Of a stretch of 64,000 nt of DNA, positions 48,141 through 57,621 are shown in pieces; position 1 is the stretch's first letter; each line of letters begins with the position of its first letter. Position numbers and translations under genes: made by a program. Below the pieces are notes generated by a model, which saw nothing but the letters and a program-made list of their open reading frames with translations, made no database searches and was not told where the DNA came from. The DNA is from an uncultured Caldisericales bacterium. GTDB lineage: Bacteria; Caldisericota; Caldisericia; JAAYUI01. Where the stretch lies: contig CAZXEH010000001.1 in the NCBI GenBank assembly GCA_964639885.1, forward strand, positions 151,205 through 215,204, in the 5' to 3' direction.

Positions 48141-49565
48141 TTAAGAAGTTTGCAAACACTCCCTGACAAAATCTGCAATTGTGCCATCTCTTTGAGCCTG
48201 TTCGAGTTTGATTGCAAGCCACCTGCCAAGGGTCAGTCTTCGTCCTAAAACCCACTTGACGGCTGACTCTTTTGAGTCACAAGGGTCTTCTTCAAGAATT
48301 CGGCGTGCCCAGGTTACCGGTGAAGTAGGACGAATCGGTGACATGGTTTTGGAGAGAAAGAACCAGGCCCATTCATAAGCTTCAGGACAATCCCCCCAGC
48401 CATTTTTGGCCAGCAGTTCACTGACTGACCCAATTTGTGAAAGCACCTGCTCGATTTCCTCAAGCCGGCTTTCAAGTATCTTAAGATGTTGGGTCCATTC
48501 ACTGTCGAGTTTTCCAAGCATCTCGGCCTTCTTGAGATTCTTAAGATGCCTGCCCCACGACCGCCTTTTCTCCTCCAAATCCTGAGCGTAAGAGAGTTTT
48601 GCAAGGTCTTTCAGCTTGTCGAGGTCGAAGGTCAGCTTGTCAAAGGTGTACCCTGGTTCAATATCTTCAGGTTGTTTAACCCATGAAGTTCTGCATTTTT
48701 CAAGTATAGATTCAAGCGACGGCTCGTGATCTGGAAGAGCGTCAACAAGCCAGATGAATTCGTTGAAAGGAATAAACCTGTCGTGAATGATTTCGTCTGG
48801 AAGCATGTTTCTCTCGGTCGTCAGGATGGCCCTTTCATAACCATCCTCACCGATTGAAAAACCATTGGTAAATTTTTCTGAAACAGGGATTGATGTACAA
48901 AGGATGTGCTTCCCGCCGACGCCAAGTGAGAAAAGTATCGCTGTTGAGAGCAAATGTGCTCCCAAAGTCAGGTCTGTGGCAAACTTCCTTGTTTCACAGA
49001 AGGCATTGATTGTTGCTCCGAGAATCAGGGTTGTCCACTCCAAAATGAGCTGATGTGGAGTTTTTGACGATCCCAGCGCTTCGTCCAGTTTTTGGTAAAG
49101 GTTAAACCTTATCGCGTCGAACGTTAAGGGGTCAATTTTCTTTTTGATGCCAAAGAAGCTCTCCATCTCCATGTTGCAGGCATTTTGCTTGCCTGAGTCG
49201 GCTGGGTTTGAAGTGTCGCACCTGTCGTAGGTCTGGAGCAGTTTTTTAATCGGGTGGTCTTCCAAACCTTCACAGCCATCAGGTCCGAGACATCTTTGGC
49301 AACCGTGATGAGAGCATGCAAGTCTGGCAATTGTGACTTCAGGATGTTCTGGCCATGGATCGTTTAGAAAATACCAGAGTTTCTTGGGAATCTTTTCCTT
49401 GTCCTGCCACAAAATTTGCCCGTGAAAATCGGTGAAGGTTGTTTGCGGCTCCTTGGATTTGATGAATTCAAACGAGAGCTTGCCAATGTCGTGGATGAGT
49501 CCTGAAATGAAGGCCAGCTGGGCAGTTGTCAGAACGCCTGACCGCATTTTCTTGCTTTGCGGCAT
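48141..49565 (-). CDS. HD-domain (metal-dependent phosphohydrolase/nuclease superfamily) protein with a Cys/His-rich insert and a long helical C-terminal domain
   Basis: LIHDIGKLSF (H...HD motif) and a downstream ACSHHGCQRC...DHP. It starts just after the CPBP stop. The ORF track extends to 49643. Candidate ATGs are at 49565 and 49547. Confidence 0.55.
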   Translation of the reverse strand: MPQSKKMRSGVLTTAQLAFISGLIHDIGKLSFEFIKSKEPQTTFTDFHGQILWQDKEKIPKKLWYFLNDPWPEHPEVTIARLACSHHGCQRCLGPDGCEGLEDHPIKKLLQTYDRCDTSNPADSGKQNACNMEMESFFGIKKKIDPLTFDAIRFNLYQKLDEALGSSKTPHQLILEWTTLILGATINAFCETRKFATDLTLGAHLLSTAILFSLGVGGKHILCTSIPVSEKFTNGFSIGEDGYERAILTTERNMLPDEIIHDRFIPFNEFIWLVDALPDHEPSLESILEKCRTSWVKQPEDIEPGYTFDKLTFDLDKLKDLAKLSYAQDLEEKRRSWGRHLKNLKKAEMLGKLDSEWTQHLKILESRLEEIEQVLSQIGSVSELLAKNGWGDCPEAYEWAWFFLSKTMSPIRPTSPVTWARRILEEDPCDSKESAVKWVLGRRLTLGRWLAIKLEQAQRDGTIADFVRECLQTS

Positions 49566-50512
49566 CTTATAAACAGCAGGATTGCCATGACGATGACAAA
49601 CAGAACCGTTGCAACCATGTAATCCCAGCCACTCGAATCCCACCAGGTTTTGCCGTTCTCAATCAAGACTTTGGGGATAAGGAATTTTTGCGTGATGAAG
49701 AAATTCCATGAGGCGTGGAGAAGTGTTGATGCCAGGATTGACCGGCTGAGTTTGTAAAACATTCCCACACCAAGACCGAAAAGCATTGTAAAGAGCAGGT
49801 ACATTCCAATATAACCGAGCGGGTCGGAGCCACGGTATGTGAACAGGTAAATAACGTGGTAGAGGGCGAAAAGAACCGACTGGATGAGCAGGGCGAAGAT
49901 GAAGCCTGTCGACTGCTCAAGCTTTGTCTGGATGTACCCTCTGAAAAATATTTCCTCTGCGAAGTTTCCGAACAGGTACATCAGGAGGAAGTAGAGTGAT
50001 TCAACGTTTGCCTTCGGCAGTTCAAAGAAGATGCTGGTTGATTTGAGCCCCAGAATCATTGGCGAGATGATGTGCACAAGAGCGAAGCCTGCCCAGATGA
50101 CGGCAAAACCACCGATGAACCAGAGCAACTGTATCAAAATATTGTTGAATTTGAGGCCGAAATAGGTTGGGGATGAACGGTCGATTAGCAGGATGGCCGA
50201 GATTGAAAGTGCTATCATTCCGGCCTTTTCTGCCAGAACAAATTCCTGCCAGAAGCCCAGTATTCGCACGATCATGACGCAAACAAACAAGACCAGCACA
50301 AGCAACAGGTCTTTTTTGAACTGGCCGTTGTGGAATGGAACAGGTGTGACTTTTCTGCTTGAAAGCCAGGCAAAAAGACTAGAGAAGATTGTGATTGCGA
50401 TTATGAAGGCGACATTGATCCAGTCGACCCTTGAAAAAGTCAGTACCAGAGCGCAAACAGAGACAACGAGGAAAATAAGGAGAGTGGCTTGAAGTCGTCT
50501 GTCCCGAAACAT
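49529..50512 (-). CDS. CPBP family intramembrane metalloprotease (CAAX protease / Abi domain)
   Basis: Motif 1 EEIFFRGYIQ. Motif 2 FALYHVIY. C-terminal HASWN. Multi-TM. Confidence 0.8.
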   Translation of the reverse strand: MFRDRRLQATLLIFLVVSVCALVLTFSRVDWINVAFIIAITIFSSLFAWLSSRKVTPVPFHNGQFKKDLLLVLVLFVCVMIVRILGFWQEFVLAEKAGMIALSISAILLIDRSSPTYFGLKFNNILIQLLWFIGGFAVIWAGFALVHIISPMILGLKSTSIFFELPKANVESLYFLLMYLFGNFAEEIFFRGYIQTKLEQSTGFIFALLIQSVLFALYHVIYLFTYRGSDPLGYIGMYLLFTMLFGLGVGMFYKLSRSILASTLLHASWNFFITQKFLIPKVLIENGKTWWDSSGWDYMVATVLFVIVMAILLFIRCRKARKCGQAF

Positions 50513-51654
50513 CAGCGTTTTCTCCTGGTTGAACTTGTATTCTTTAGTGGGCGCTCAGGTTGTTTCTGGGTTTGGACTGGTTCCTGGGGGAGAACTTTTG
50601 CATTGGCGATAAGCATTCTGTTGTGGGCGTAAAGGAATCCGGCTGTAACAAGCAAAAGCATGCAAGCCAGGACGATCCACCAGTTGCGTTCCTGGACAGC
50701 TCTCCGATCGGTCAGAACATCAACCTTGTCCAGCATTATCTTGGATTTGACATCATCGCCAAGGGCGATGAAAAGTCTTGCATTTTCAATATCTTTTTCG
50801 GCATCAAGCCTGATTTTGTAGTCTGTTGAATTCCTGAAATAGAACTTGCCAGCCCAGATTCGTTCGTATCTGGCCTCGGTATCTCTGAGGATGTCGGCGA
50901 GTTTGGTGTTTGGGAGCGAGAGTTTTGCAGATCTGACAAAAGTTGCAAGATCAACTCCGGTTGACCGGACAGACGACCTGAAGCCTTCGTTAAGCACTTT
51001 GGCCATAAACTGTCTGAGATTGTCCATGTTCTCGTTTTCCATCTGGGCAAGCTTGGCTACCGAGAGCATCTGGATAGCTGGCGACAAGGGGTTGTCGCTT
51101 CTGTTCTCAAGAGGGTTTTCGTAGAGGAATTCGTTCGGATAGATGTATCTGTAAAGGCCGGCAAATTTTGGGATGTTGGCTTTGAAGTATTTCAGATTCA
51201 GGAATGTTGAAATGATGTCTGCTGACTCCATGTCTGTGTTTGGGAAGTTGAGATAAATCAATTGAGTAAAAATCGTGTTGAATTTTCCAAGGTTTGAATA
51301 GTCATCCGGCGTTTGGATAAGGTAGATCGAGTTGCCCCTGACACCTGACCTGTACATGTTGTAGCCGGGGATGTCAGTGCCGGAGAGGACAACATTTATA
51401 CTTGGAGGAATCTTGTTTTTACCCAGGTAATTTTCGTAGAAGACAATTTGTGAGATGAGTTCGTTGAGGAGAATGTTTTTTTGAAGGTCGCGGGATTGAG
51501 CTTCGAAAAGGCCGTCAGGAATGTTGAGGCTTTCAGTGTAGCCTGCTTCTGCCGTTTTGAGAAACGGTGTGGCCAGGATGACGATGGTGAGAAGGAGGGC
51601 GAGGAGTTTCCTCACCAACCCTCCCCGACAAGCTGTACAATTCTGATGATCCAT
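50512..51654 (-). CDS. Exported protein with a signal peptide and a C-terminal TM helix plus a basic tail
   Basis: LLALLLTIVILATPFLKTAEA signal. C-terminal WWIVLACMLLLVTAGFLYA followed by a hydrophilic tail ending RRKR. Confidence 0.45.
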   Translation of the reverse strand: MDHQNCTACRGGLVRKLLALLLTIVILATPFLKTAEAGYTESLNIPDGLFEAQSRDLQKNILLNELISQIVFYENYLGKNKIPPSINVVLSGTDIPGYNMYRSGVRGNSIYLIQTPDDYSNLGKFNTIFTQLIYLNFPNTDMESADIISTFLNLKYFKANIPKFAGLYRYIYPNEFLYENPLENRSDNPLSPAIQMLSVAKLAQMENENMDNLRQFMAKVLNEGFRSSVRSTGVDLATFVRSAKLSLPNTKLADILRDTEARYERIWAGKFYFRNSTDYKIRLDAEKDIENARLFIALGDDVKSKIMLDKVDVLTDRRAVQERNWWIVLACMLLLVTAGFLYAHNRMLIANAKVLPQEPVQTQKQPERPLKNTSSTRRKR

Positions 51655-52721
51655 TCTGTGGTTTTTTCGAGGTCGACCACAAGAATCTTTTCTTCGAGTG
51701 TGTGAGGATTTTCCATGCCGCAGCTGACAACGCAGGTGTCGAGACCTTTTGCATTGAAAACGTTAGCAACAGAGCCTCCGCCTGAGGTTTCAAGCCTTGG
51801 TGAAATCGAGACATCCTGGGCTGATTTTGTCAGCAGTTTGAGAAGCGGGTGCTCGTTTGTGAAGTTGTAGCCTTTGAAGACGCGCTCTTTTTCGATGGTA
51901 AACTTCGCGCCTGTTTTTGAACAGGCTTTTTCGATCTCTGCAATCATCGAGGAGGTCAAGGCGTTGAGTTTTTCTTCGGATATCGACCTTGCTTCAAAAT
52001 TGAAGAAGCATTCGGCTGCGACAATGTTTGTTGCCTTGCCACCAGTTATGGTTCCGATGTTTGATGTGGTGTCGGAATCGATCCTGCCAAGCTTCATGTT
52101 GGCAATGGCAATTGATGCCGTCTGTATGGCCGAGATTCCCTTCTCGGGGAAAATGCCTGCATGAGCCGGTTTGCCTTCGATTGTGACCTTGCAGATGTCC
52201 TGGTACGGGGCAGCCGTGATGATCCTTCCGGGTGCGCCGTCGACATCGAGGATGATGGCTTTTTTGCTTTGATATTTTGAAAGGTCGATCTGGAAAGCGC
52301 CCCTGAGACCGATTTCCTCACAGATGTCAAGTGCAAGCTCAATAGTTGGGTGTGGCTTGTCCTGATAGAAATGGAGCATCTCCAGAATGGCTGCGAGGCC
52401 TGCCTTGTCATCTGCGCCAAGGATTGTGGTTCCATCTGAAGTGATAAGGCCATCTTTGACCTGGGGTTTGATTCCCACGCCTGGAACGACTGTGTCCTGG
52501 TGCGATGAAAAGCAAATAGCTCCCGGAAGTGTTCCCGGGAGCCTTGCAACGATGTTTCCTGTGTCTGAGCCAACCTTGTTGCCGGCATCGTCTACCTCGA
52601 CTTCAAGCCCTAGTGTTTTGAGCTTTGGAACGAGGTATTCAGTTACCGGCTTCTCGTGCTGTGATTCGGAAGGAATCCTGACCAGCTCGAGGAAAGTGTC
52701 AAGCAGTCTCTGTTTATTCAT
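51612..52721 (-). CDS. M20-family metallopeptidase (peptidase T / tripeptidase-like)
   Basis: HQDTV and GADDKAG metal-binding motifs. EIGLRGA. Confidence 0.65.
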   Translation of the reverse strand: MNKQRLLDTFLELVRIPSESQHEKPVTEYLVPKLKTLGLEVEVDDAGNKVGSDTGNIVARLPGTLPGAICFSSHQDTVVPGVGIKPQVKDGLITSDGTTILGADDKAGLAAILEMLHFYQDKPHPTIELALDICEEIGLRGAFQIDLSKYQSKKAIILDVDGAPGRIITAAPYQDICKVTIEGKPAHAGIFPEKGISAIQTASIAIANMKLGRIDSDTTSNIGTITGGKATNIVAAECFFNFEARSISEEKLNALTSSMIAEIEKACSKTGAKFTIEKERVFKGYNFTNEHPLLKLLTKSAQDVSISPRLETSGGGSVANVFNAKGLDTCVVSCGMENPHTLEEKILVVDLEKTTEWIIRIVQLVGEGW

Positions 52722-53253
52722 TAAAGCTTGTGCCTGCGTCGAGGGCTTTGCAGTTTACTTCGAAGTACTTTGCCTTTGCCTCGCCGAGTTTGTGCTTGAT
52801 GGCTGCCTTTGCGGATTCTGGCTTGACGGCGTTCGAATTCTTGATGAAAACGCCAAGCATGACTATGTTTGCAGCTCTTGACATTCCGACTTTCTCTGCG
52901 ATCTCGTTTGCCGGGACGTAGTGGACGGTGATGTCTGTCCTGTTAGATTTTGTATTGATCAGCGATGCGTTTACATAAAGGTGTCCGCCTGGAGCAACCT
53001 TCGGCTCAAAGCTTGTGAATGACGGAGCGTTCATAACCACAACGTTTTTTGGGTTTGGAACGACCGGTGAGGCGATTTCTTCATCTGAGGCGATGACTGT
53101 GCAGTTTGCTGTTCCACCCCTCATAGCCGGGCCATAGGATGGGAGATATACTGCATTTCTGCCTTCAAGAACGGCTGAGTCGGCAAAGAGCATTCCGAGC
53201 ATCATGACGCCCTGACCACCAAAACCAGCGACAAGCAAATCGTGTTGTGCCAT
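52714..53253 (-). CDS. korC: 2-oxoacid:ferredoxin oxidoreductase, gamma subunit
   Basis: Typical gamma N-terminus LLVAGFGGQGVMMLGMLFA. Confidence 0.8.
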   Translation of the reverse strand: MAQHDLLVAGFGGQGVMMLGMLFADSAVLEGRNAVYLPSYGPAMRGGTANCTVIASDEEIASPVVPNPKNVVVMNAPSFTSFEPKVAPGGHLYVNASLINTKSNRTDITVHYVPANEIAEKVGMSRAANIVMLGVFIKNSNAVKPESAKAAIKHKLGEAKAKYFEVNCKALDAGTSFNE

Positions 53254-53999
53254 CAGAGTCCCTCCGCAACCTTGAATTCACCGAGTGGATAATACTTCAT
53301 TGTCTCTTCCTTGACCCTCTTGAGCGCATCCACCGGAGTGTAGCCCCAGTTCGTCGGGCAGGTGGAGAGGATTTCGACCACTGAGTAGCCAAGTCCCTTG
53401 AGCTGTGCGTTGAAGGCTTTCTTGATGGCTGCCTTGGTCTTGTTGATGCCTGGCACTGAGACAACTTCGGTTCTTGCGATGTATGCTGGACCATTGAGCT
53501 GGGCGAGCATTTCCGAGACCCTGAGGGGGAAACCGTTCCATTCGGCTTTTCTGCCGTACGGCGAGGTTTCTGTCTTCCAACCCATAAGGGTTGTTGGAGC
53601 CATCTGGCCTCCGGTCATGCCATAGATGCCATTGTTGACGAAGATTGTTGTGATGTTCTCGCCTCTGCCTGCCGCATGAACCATTTCTGCAGCGCCAATT
53701 GAGGCGTAGTCGCCGTCGCCCTGGTAGGTGAGGACGAACTTGTCTGGAAGGGCTCTCTTCACACCTGTTGCAACAGCCGGTGCCCTGCCGTGTGGCGATG
53801 AAATCGTGTCAAATTCCCAGTAGTTGACTGAAAGCGTTGAGCAGCCAACTGGAATGACGATGATCGATTTCTGCTGGAGATCCATTTCCTCAATCACTTC
53901 AGCCACAAGTCTGTGGATGACGCCGTGGGTGCAACCCGGGCAGTAGGAAACTGGATTCTTGGTCAGTGGAAGCGGGTGGTGAGTCAGTTGTTCCATCAC
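53253..53999 (-). CDS. korB: 2-oxoacid:ferredoxin oxidoreductase, beta (TPP-binding) subunit
   Basis: CPGCTHG N-terminus and GDGDYASIGAAE TPP motif. Confidence 0.85.
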   Translation of the reverse strand: MMEQLTHHPLPLTKNPVSYCPGCTHGVIHRLVAEVIEEMDLQQKSIIVIPVGCSTLSVNYWEFDTISSPHGRAPAVATGVKRALPDKFVLTYQGDGDYASIGAAEMVHAAGRGENITTIFVNNGIYGMTGGQMAPTTLMGWKTETSPYGRKAEWNGFPLRVSEMLAQLNGPAYIARTEVVSVPGINKTKAAIKKAFNAQLKGLGYSVVEILSTCPTNWGYTPVDALKRVKEETMKYYPLGEFKVAEGL

Positions 54000-55069
54000 T
54001 TTGCCTCCTTAAGGATTTTCTTGAATTCTTCTGCAATTTCACCTGGTGATGGCACCATTCCGCCCTGTCTTCCGTAGAAGTGGATCGGCTTTTTGAACTG
54101 TGTGGCGAGTTTGACATCTTCGATCATCTGACCAAAGCTGAGCTCGACGTCCATGAAGAACTTTGTCGATGGCTTTCCGGCCAGATCGAGAAGCTGCTGG
54201 TTCGGGAACGGGTACAGGGAGATCGGTCTGAAGAGGCCGACTTTGATTCCTTCGCCCCTGAGCTGCTTTATGACTGTCTTGATGATTCTTGCGACTGTTC
54301 CGTATGCAACGAAGATGTACTCGGCGTCGTCTGTGTTGACGGCTTCGAACCTGACTTCGTCACGCTCGATGACCGGATACTTTGACCACAGTGCCCTGTT
54401 CATCTTCTCAAGACCTTCCGGAAGGAGGTCGAACGAGTTGACGACGTTCTTGCCGCGTTTTCCCTGCATTCCGTCAGTTGCCCAGCTCTTGTGCGGGAGC
54501 GAAGCAGGATCCTTCATTTCAGGGAATTCGATGGCTTCCATCATCTGGCCAAGGAGACCGTCTGAGAGCATCATGACTGGATTTCTGTACTTGTCGGCCA
54601 GATCGAACGCCAGTGGCATGAGGTTGACGCTTTCCTGGATGGTTGACGGTGCAAGGACGATGAGGTGATAGTCACCGTGTCCGCCGCCTTTTACAGCCTG
54701 GAAGTAGTCGCACTGTGCCGGAGCGATGTCGCCAAGTCCAGGGCCACCGCGAACGACGTTGACCACGACCACGGGGATTTCTGCGCCGGCGATGTAGGAA
54801 AGACCTTCCTGCATCAGCGAGATGCCTGGCGAGCTTGAGGTTGTGATTACCCTTTTTCCAGTTGCTGCGCAGCCGTAGAGCATGTTGATGGCTGCCACTT
54901 CGGACTCAGCCTGAAGGAAGACTCCGTTTACTTCCGGCATCCTTCTGCTCATGTACTGTGGTGATTCGTTCTGCGGTGTGATCGGATAGCCGAAAAAGTG
55001 TCTGCATCCAGCCCTGATTGCGGCTTCACCGATTGCCTCCGCGCCTTTCATTAAAATCTTTTCGCCCAT
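53996..55069 (-). CDS. korA: 2-oxoacid:ferredoxin oxidoreductase, alpha subunit
   Basis: POR/KOR alpha domain I/II sequence (MKGAEAIGEAAIRAGC...YPITP). GGAGG site. Confidence 0.85.
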   Translation of the reverse strand: MGEKILMKGAEAIGEAAIRAGCRHFFGYPITPQNESPQYMSRRMPEVNGVFLQAESEVAAINMLYGCAATGKRVITTSSSPGISLMQEGLSYIAGAEIPVVVVNVVRGGPGLGDIAPAQCDYFQAVKGGGHGDYHLIVLAPSTIQESVNLMPLAFDLADKYRNPVMMLSDGLLGQMMEAIEFPEMKDPASLPHKSWATDGMQGKRGKNVVNSFDLLPEGLEKMNRALWSKYPVIERDEVRFEAVNTDDAEYIFVAYGTVARIIKTVIKQLRGEGIKVGLFRPISLYPFPNQQLLDLAGKPSTKFFMDVELSFGQMIEDVKLATQFKKPIHFYGRQGGMVPSPGEIAEEFKKILKEAK

Positions 55070-55078
55070 TTATTTATC

Positions 55079-56107
55079 CTACTTTCCTACGAATTGTAGA
55101 GTTAATGCATCGGCTGTATAAACGTGACCGGCAGCGTTCTGGTTGTCAAAGAGTGAGACGCCGAACATGTAATTGGCATCTTCCGCCTGGTCGTGTGAGA
55201 ACTGAACCTGGAGTGGGTTTGAGGTTCTGAGTGATCTCTTCATCTCAAGTGTCCATTCCTTTTTTTCTTCGTTGTATGTTGCCTTTGCTTCAACGGCGCC
55301 CTGACCGGCGAGCTTGATGTAGTACGGTGCCTTTGCATCCGGGCCAAGTGTTTTTGGATCGGCCGGTGCCGGTGTCATGAATTCCATTTCGCCGATTGTG
55401 TGATTGTCATAGAGGAGTCCCTGCTGAAGCACATAGAGGGGTGAACGTGTGTCTCTCTTGTTCTGGATGAGTGCGCCTGGCATGTAGTGGTAACCGGCTT
55501 TGACTTCCATTGTTGCTGTATCGAGTTTTGGGTTCGGGTAGCTAACGACGTAGTTGTTTGCAATTGCAAGCTGTGCTGATTCAGCGGCCATCCATGTCCA
55601 GGTGTCGAGTGCTTCGCCCGGCTTGTTTGTGTACATTGCCTTGCTGTCGTGGCAGATCACGGCACAACCCTGCTTGTCAAATTCTGCAATCTTGCCCGAA
55701 ACAAAGCCGATGGAGAACATGTCCTGCTTTGTAAGTGTGATTGCTGATCCCCATTTTTCGCCCTTCATTTCCCATGGTTTGCCTGACATATCCATTGACT
55801 CGTCGGCCCATGTGAACTGGAGGTAAACGTTTTCGGCATCGTAACAAGCCTTTGCCATTGCTGTGTTTGTTTCACCGACTTTGATCTCGACCGGTGCTGC
55901 GTTTGCCCATGCCTCTTCGGCTGGATCGATCGCACCGTCGATGAGCGGTGCAATTTCTGAGTATTCTGCTGAAAGAATGGTTGCTGTAGGAGCTTCGTAC
56001 ATGGAAGGGGTAACTGACTTTTCAACAACGGCAGAGCCGCCACCGCAGCCTGCAAGCACCAATAATGACATGACAACAGCGATGAAAACTGATTTCTTCA
56101 TTCCCAT
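55079..56107 (-). CDS. Lipoprotein of unknown function (possible EB_dh/DMSO-reductase heme-b-subunit-like fold; tentative)
   Basis: Lipobox LVLAGCGG. Soluble ~320-aa domain. The family assignment is weak. Confidence 0.4.
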   Translation of the reverse strand: MGMKKSVFIAVVMSLLVLAGCGGGSAVVEKSVTPSMYEAPTATILSAEYSEIAPLIDGAIDPAEEAWANAAPVEIKVGETNTAMAKACYDAENVYLQFTWADESMDMSGKPWEMKGEKWGSAITLTKQDMFSIGFVSGKIAEFDKQGCAVICHDSKAMYTNKPGEALDTWTWMAAESAQLAIANNYVVSYPNPKLDTATMEVKAGYHYMPGALIQNKRDTRSPLYVLQQGLLYDNHTIGEMEFMTPAPADPKTLGPDAKAPYYIKLAGQGAVEAKATYNEEKKEWTLEMKRSLRTSNPLQVQFSHDQAEDANYMFGVSLFDNQNAAGHVYTADALTLQFVGK

Positions 56108-56205
56108 ACTCCTTCTTTATAGTAATGATTACTAACTATATCAAGATGTGTTGTTTCACTATTTTTTCGGCACACGGTCAAATCCTAACATCACGAAAAT
56201 AAAGA

Positions 56206-56251
56206 GTCAAGAAATCGTAAATCTTGACTGGATTAAGACTCCATGTAATCT
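56206..56251 (+). promoter_or_regulatory. Inverted repeat GTCAAGA-N9-TCTTGAC overlapping a TTGACT-16-TAATCT promoter for the gene at 56269
   Basis: IR at 56206-56212 and 56222-56228. -35 at 56224-56229. -10 at 56246-56251. GGAGG before the ATG. Confidence 0.35.
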
Positions 56252-56268
56252 TGATGCGGAGGTTTGCT

Positions 56269-57576
56269 ATGAAACCGATGTTTTGTGTGCTTGCAGTCGT
56301 GATGCTTTTCAGTTTTGCAGGATGTGGCCAGAAGGAATCGAAGCCTGTTGTTGCGCTCTGGCAGGGCGCTGGATTGGATTCCTGGCATACAGGATCAAGC
56401 AAAGAGCCGTTACTTGCACCGTTTGGAAAGGAATGGAATGCTGAACTGGCTGGCCTTGGTTTTGGAGCAACAGTCGTTGTCGACGTTCCTGACATCGATC
56501 TCAAGAGCAAAAAGCTAGTCAACAGACTTGTAATCACCTCAACAAATGATGGCGCTGTTTATGCTTTTGACTGGGATACTGGAGAAAACATCTGGAAGCA
56601 GAAATTCGGTGGAGCAATGGGTGATCCGCTGTTTGTTGACAGCAAGATTGTCGTTACCTGTTCGGATGGCTCGATAAACACTATTTCGGCGTGGGATGGC
56701 TCACCTGTCTGGTCTGCAAGGTTCAGGGCTACAACGGCAATTGTTGACCCAATCTGGAATGGAAGACCGGAAAATGCAGCTCTTGTCACAGATGGGAAGA
56801 TTGTTTACTCGGTTCACTCATCAAAAACCGCCAATGCATATAACGTCGTTGATGGCACCGAGCTGTGGAGATTTGATTTCGAGGATGCAGTCATGGCTTC
56901 TCCGGTCCTTGTTGATGGAAAGCTCATTGTTGCAGACTATTCCATGAAACTGACAGCCCTCAAAACCGAAAACGGCAAGCGTGCCTGGGAATCGGCTCTG
57001 GATGACAGGGTGACCACAAGCCTTGTCTCAGATGGGAAAAATGTTTATGTGCCAGGTTCATTTGGCAAAGTTGGTGCATACTCGGCAGCAGACGGCAAAA
57101 AGGTCTGGACGCTTGATATTGGTGGAACAATTGCTGTTGCACCGTGCATTGCCGGCCAGTTCCTGGCAATCGCCGACACGACCAAGAACGACATTTTGTT
57201 TGTTACTACAGACACCGGAATGGTTAAGAACAAGATTGAGCTGAAGAATTTAGTGCCAAAATCAGCGCTTGTTTCATGCCAGAACTATGTATGCTTCGGA
57301 ACTGTCGATGGAAAAGTAATCGCTGTAGACCTTGAAAAGTATTCGTTTACGACTGGTTTTGAGTTTGATTCGGCAAAAATTGCAAACGCAAACAGAATTT
57401 ATGGAAGCCCGGCCGTTCTTGAGGGAAGACTCCTAATTTCTGACGGAATCTCAACATATTATCTGCTTGCACCAAAAGCAATCCTCGACAGCTACCAGCA
57501 GCAACAGCAGCAATCAACACCGGTTCAGAAACCACCGACAGATAACAAGGGAACAGAAAAACCGAAAAATCCGTGA
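56269..57576 (+). CDS. PQQ-repeat beta-propeller lipoprotein (BamB-like fold)
   Basis: The ATG at 56269 follows GGAGG. The ORF track starts at 56224. Lipobox FAGCGQ. Repeated DG..VW / DGK.VW motifs (NGAVYAFDW, DGSPVWSA, DGTELWRF, NGKRAWES, DGKKVWTL). Confidence 0.7.
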   Translation: MKPMFCVLAVVMLFSFAGCGQKESKPVVALWQGAGLDSWHTGSSKEPLLAPFGKEWNAELAGLGFGATVVVDVPDIDLKSKKLVNRLVITSTNDGAVYAFDWDTGENIWKQKFGGAMGDPLFVDSKIVVTCSDGSINTISAWDGSPVWSARFRATTAIVDPIWNGRPENAALVTDGKIVYSVHSSKTANAYNVVDGTELWRFDFEDAVMASPVLVDGKLIVADYSMKLTALKTENGKRAWESALDDRVTTSLVSDGKNVYVPGSFGKVGAYSAADGKKVWTLDIGGTIAVAPCIAGQFLAIADTTKNDILFVTTDTGMVKNKIELKNLVPKSALVSCQNYVCFGTVDGKVIAVDLEKYSFTTGFEFDSAKIANANRIYGSPAVLEGRLLISDGISTYYLLAPKAILDSYQQQQQQSTPVQKPPTDNKGTEKPKNP

Positions 57577-57621
57577 AGTTCAAGATAATTCAACAAAGGC
57601 CGGGGCTTGTTCCCGGCTTTT

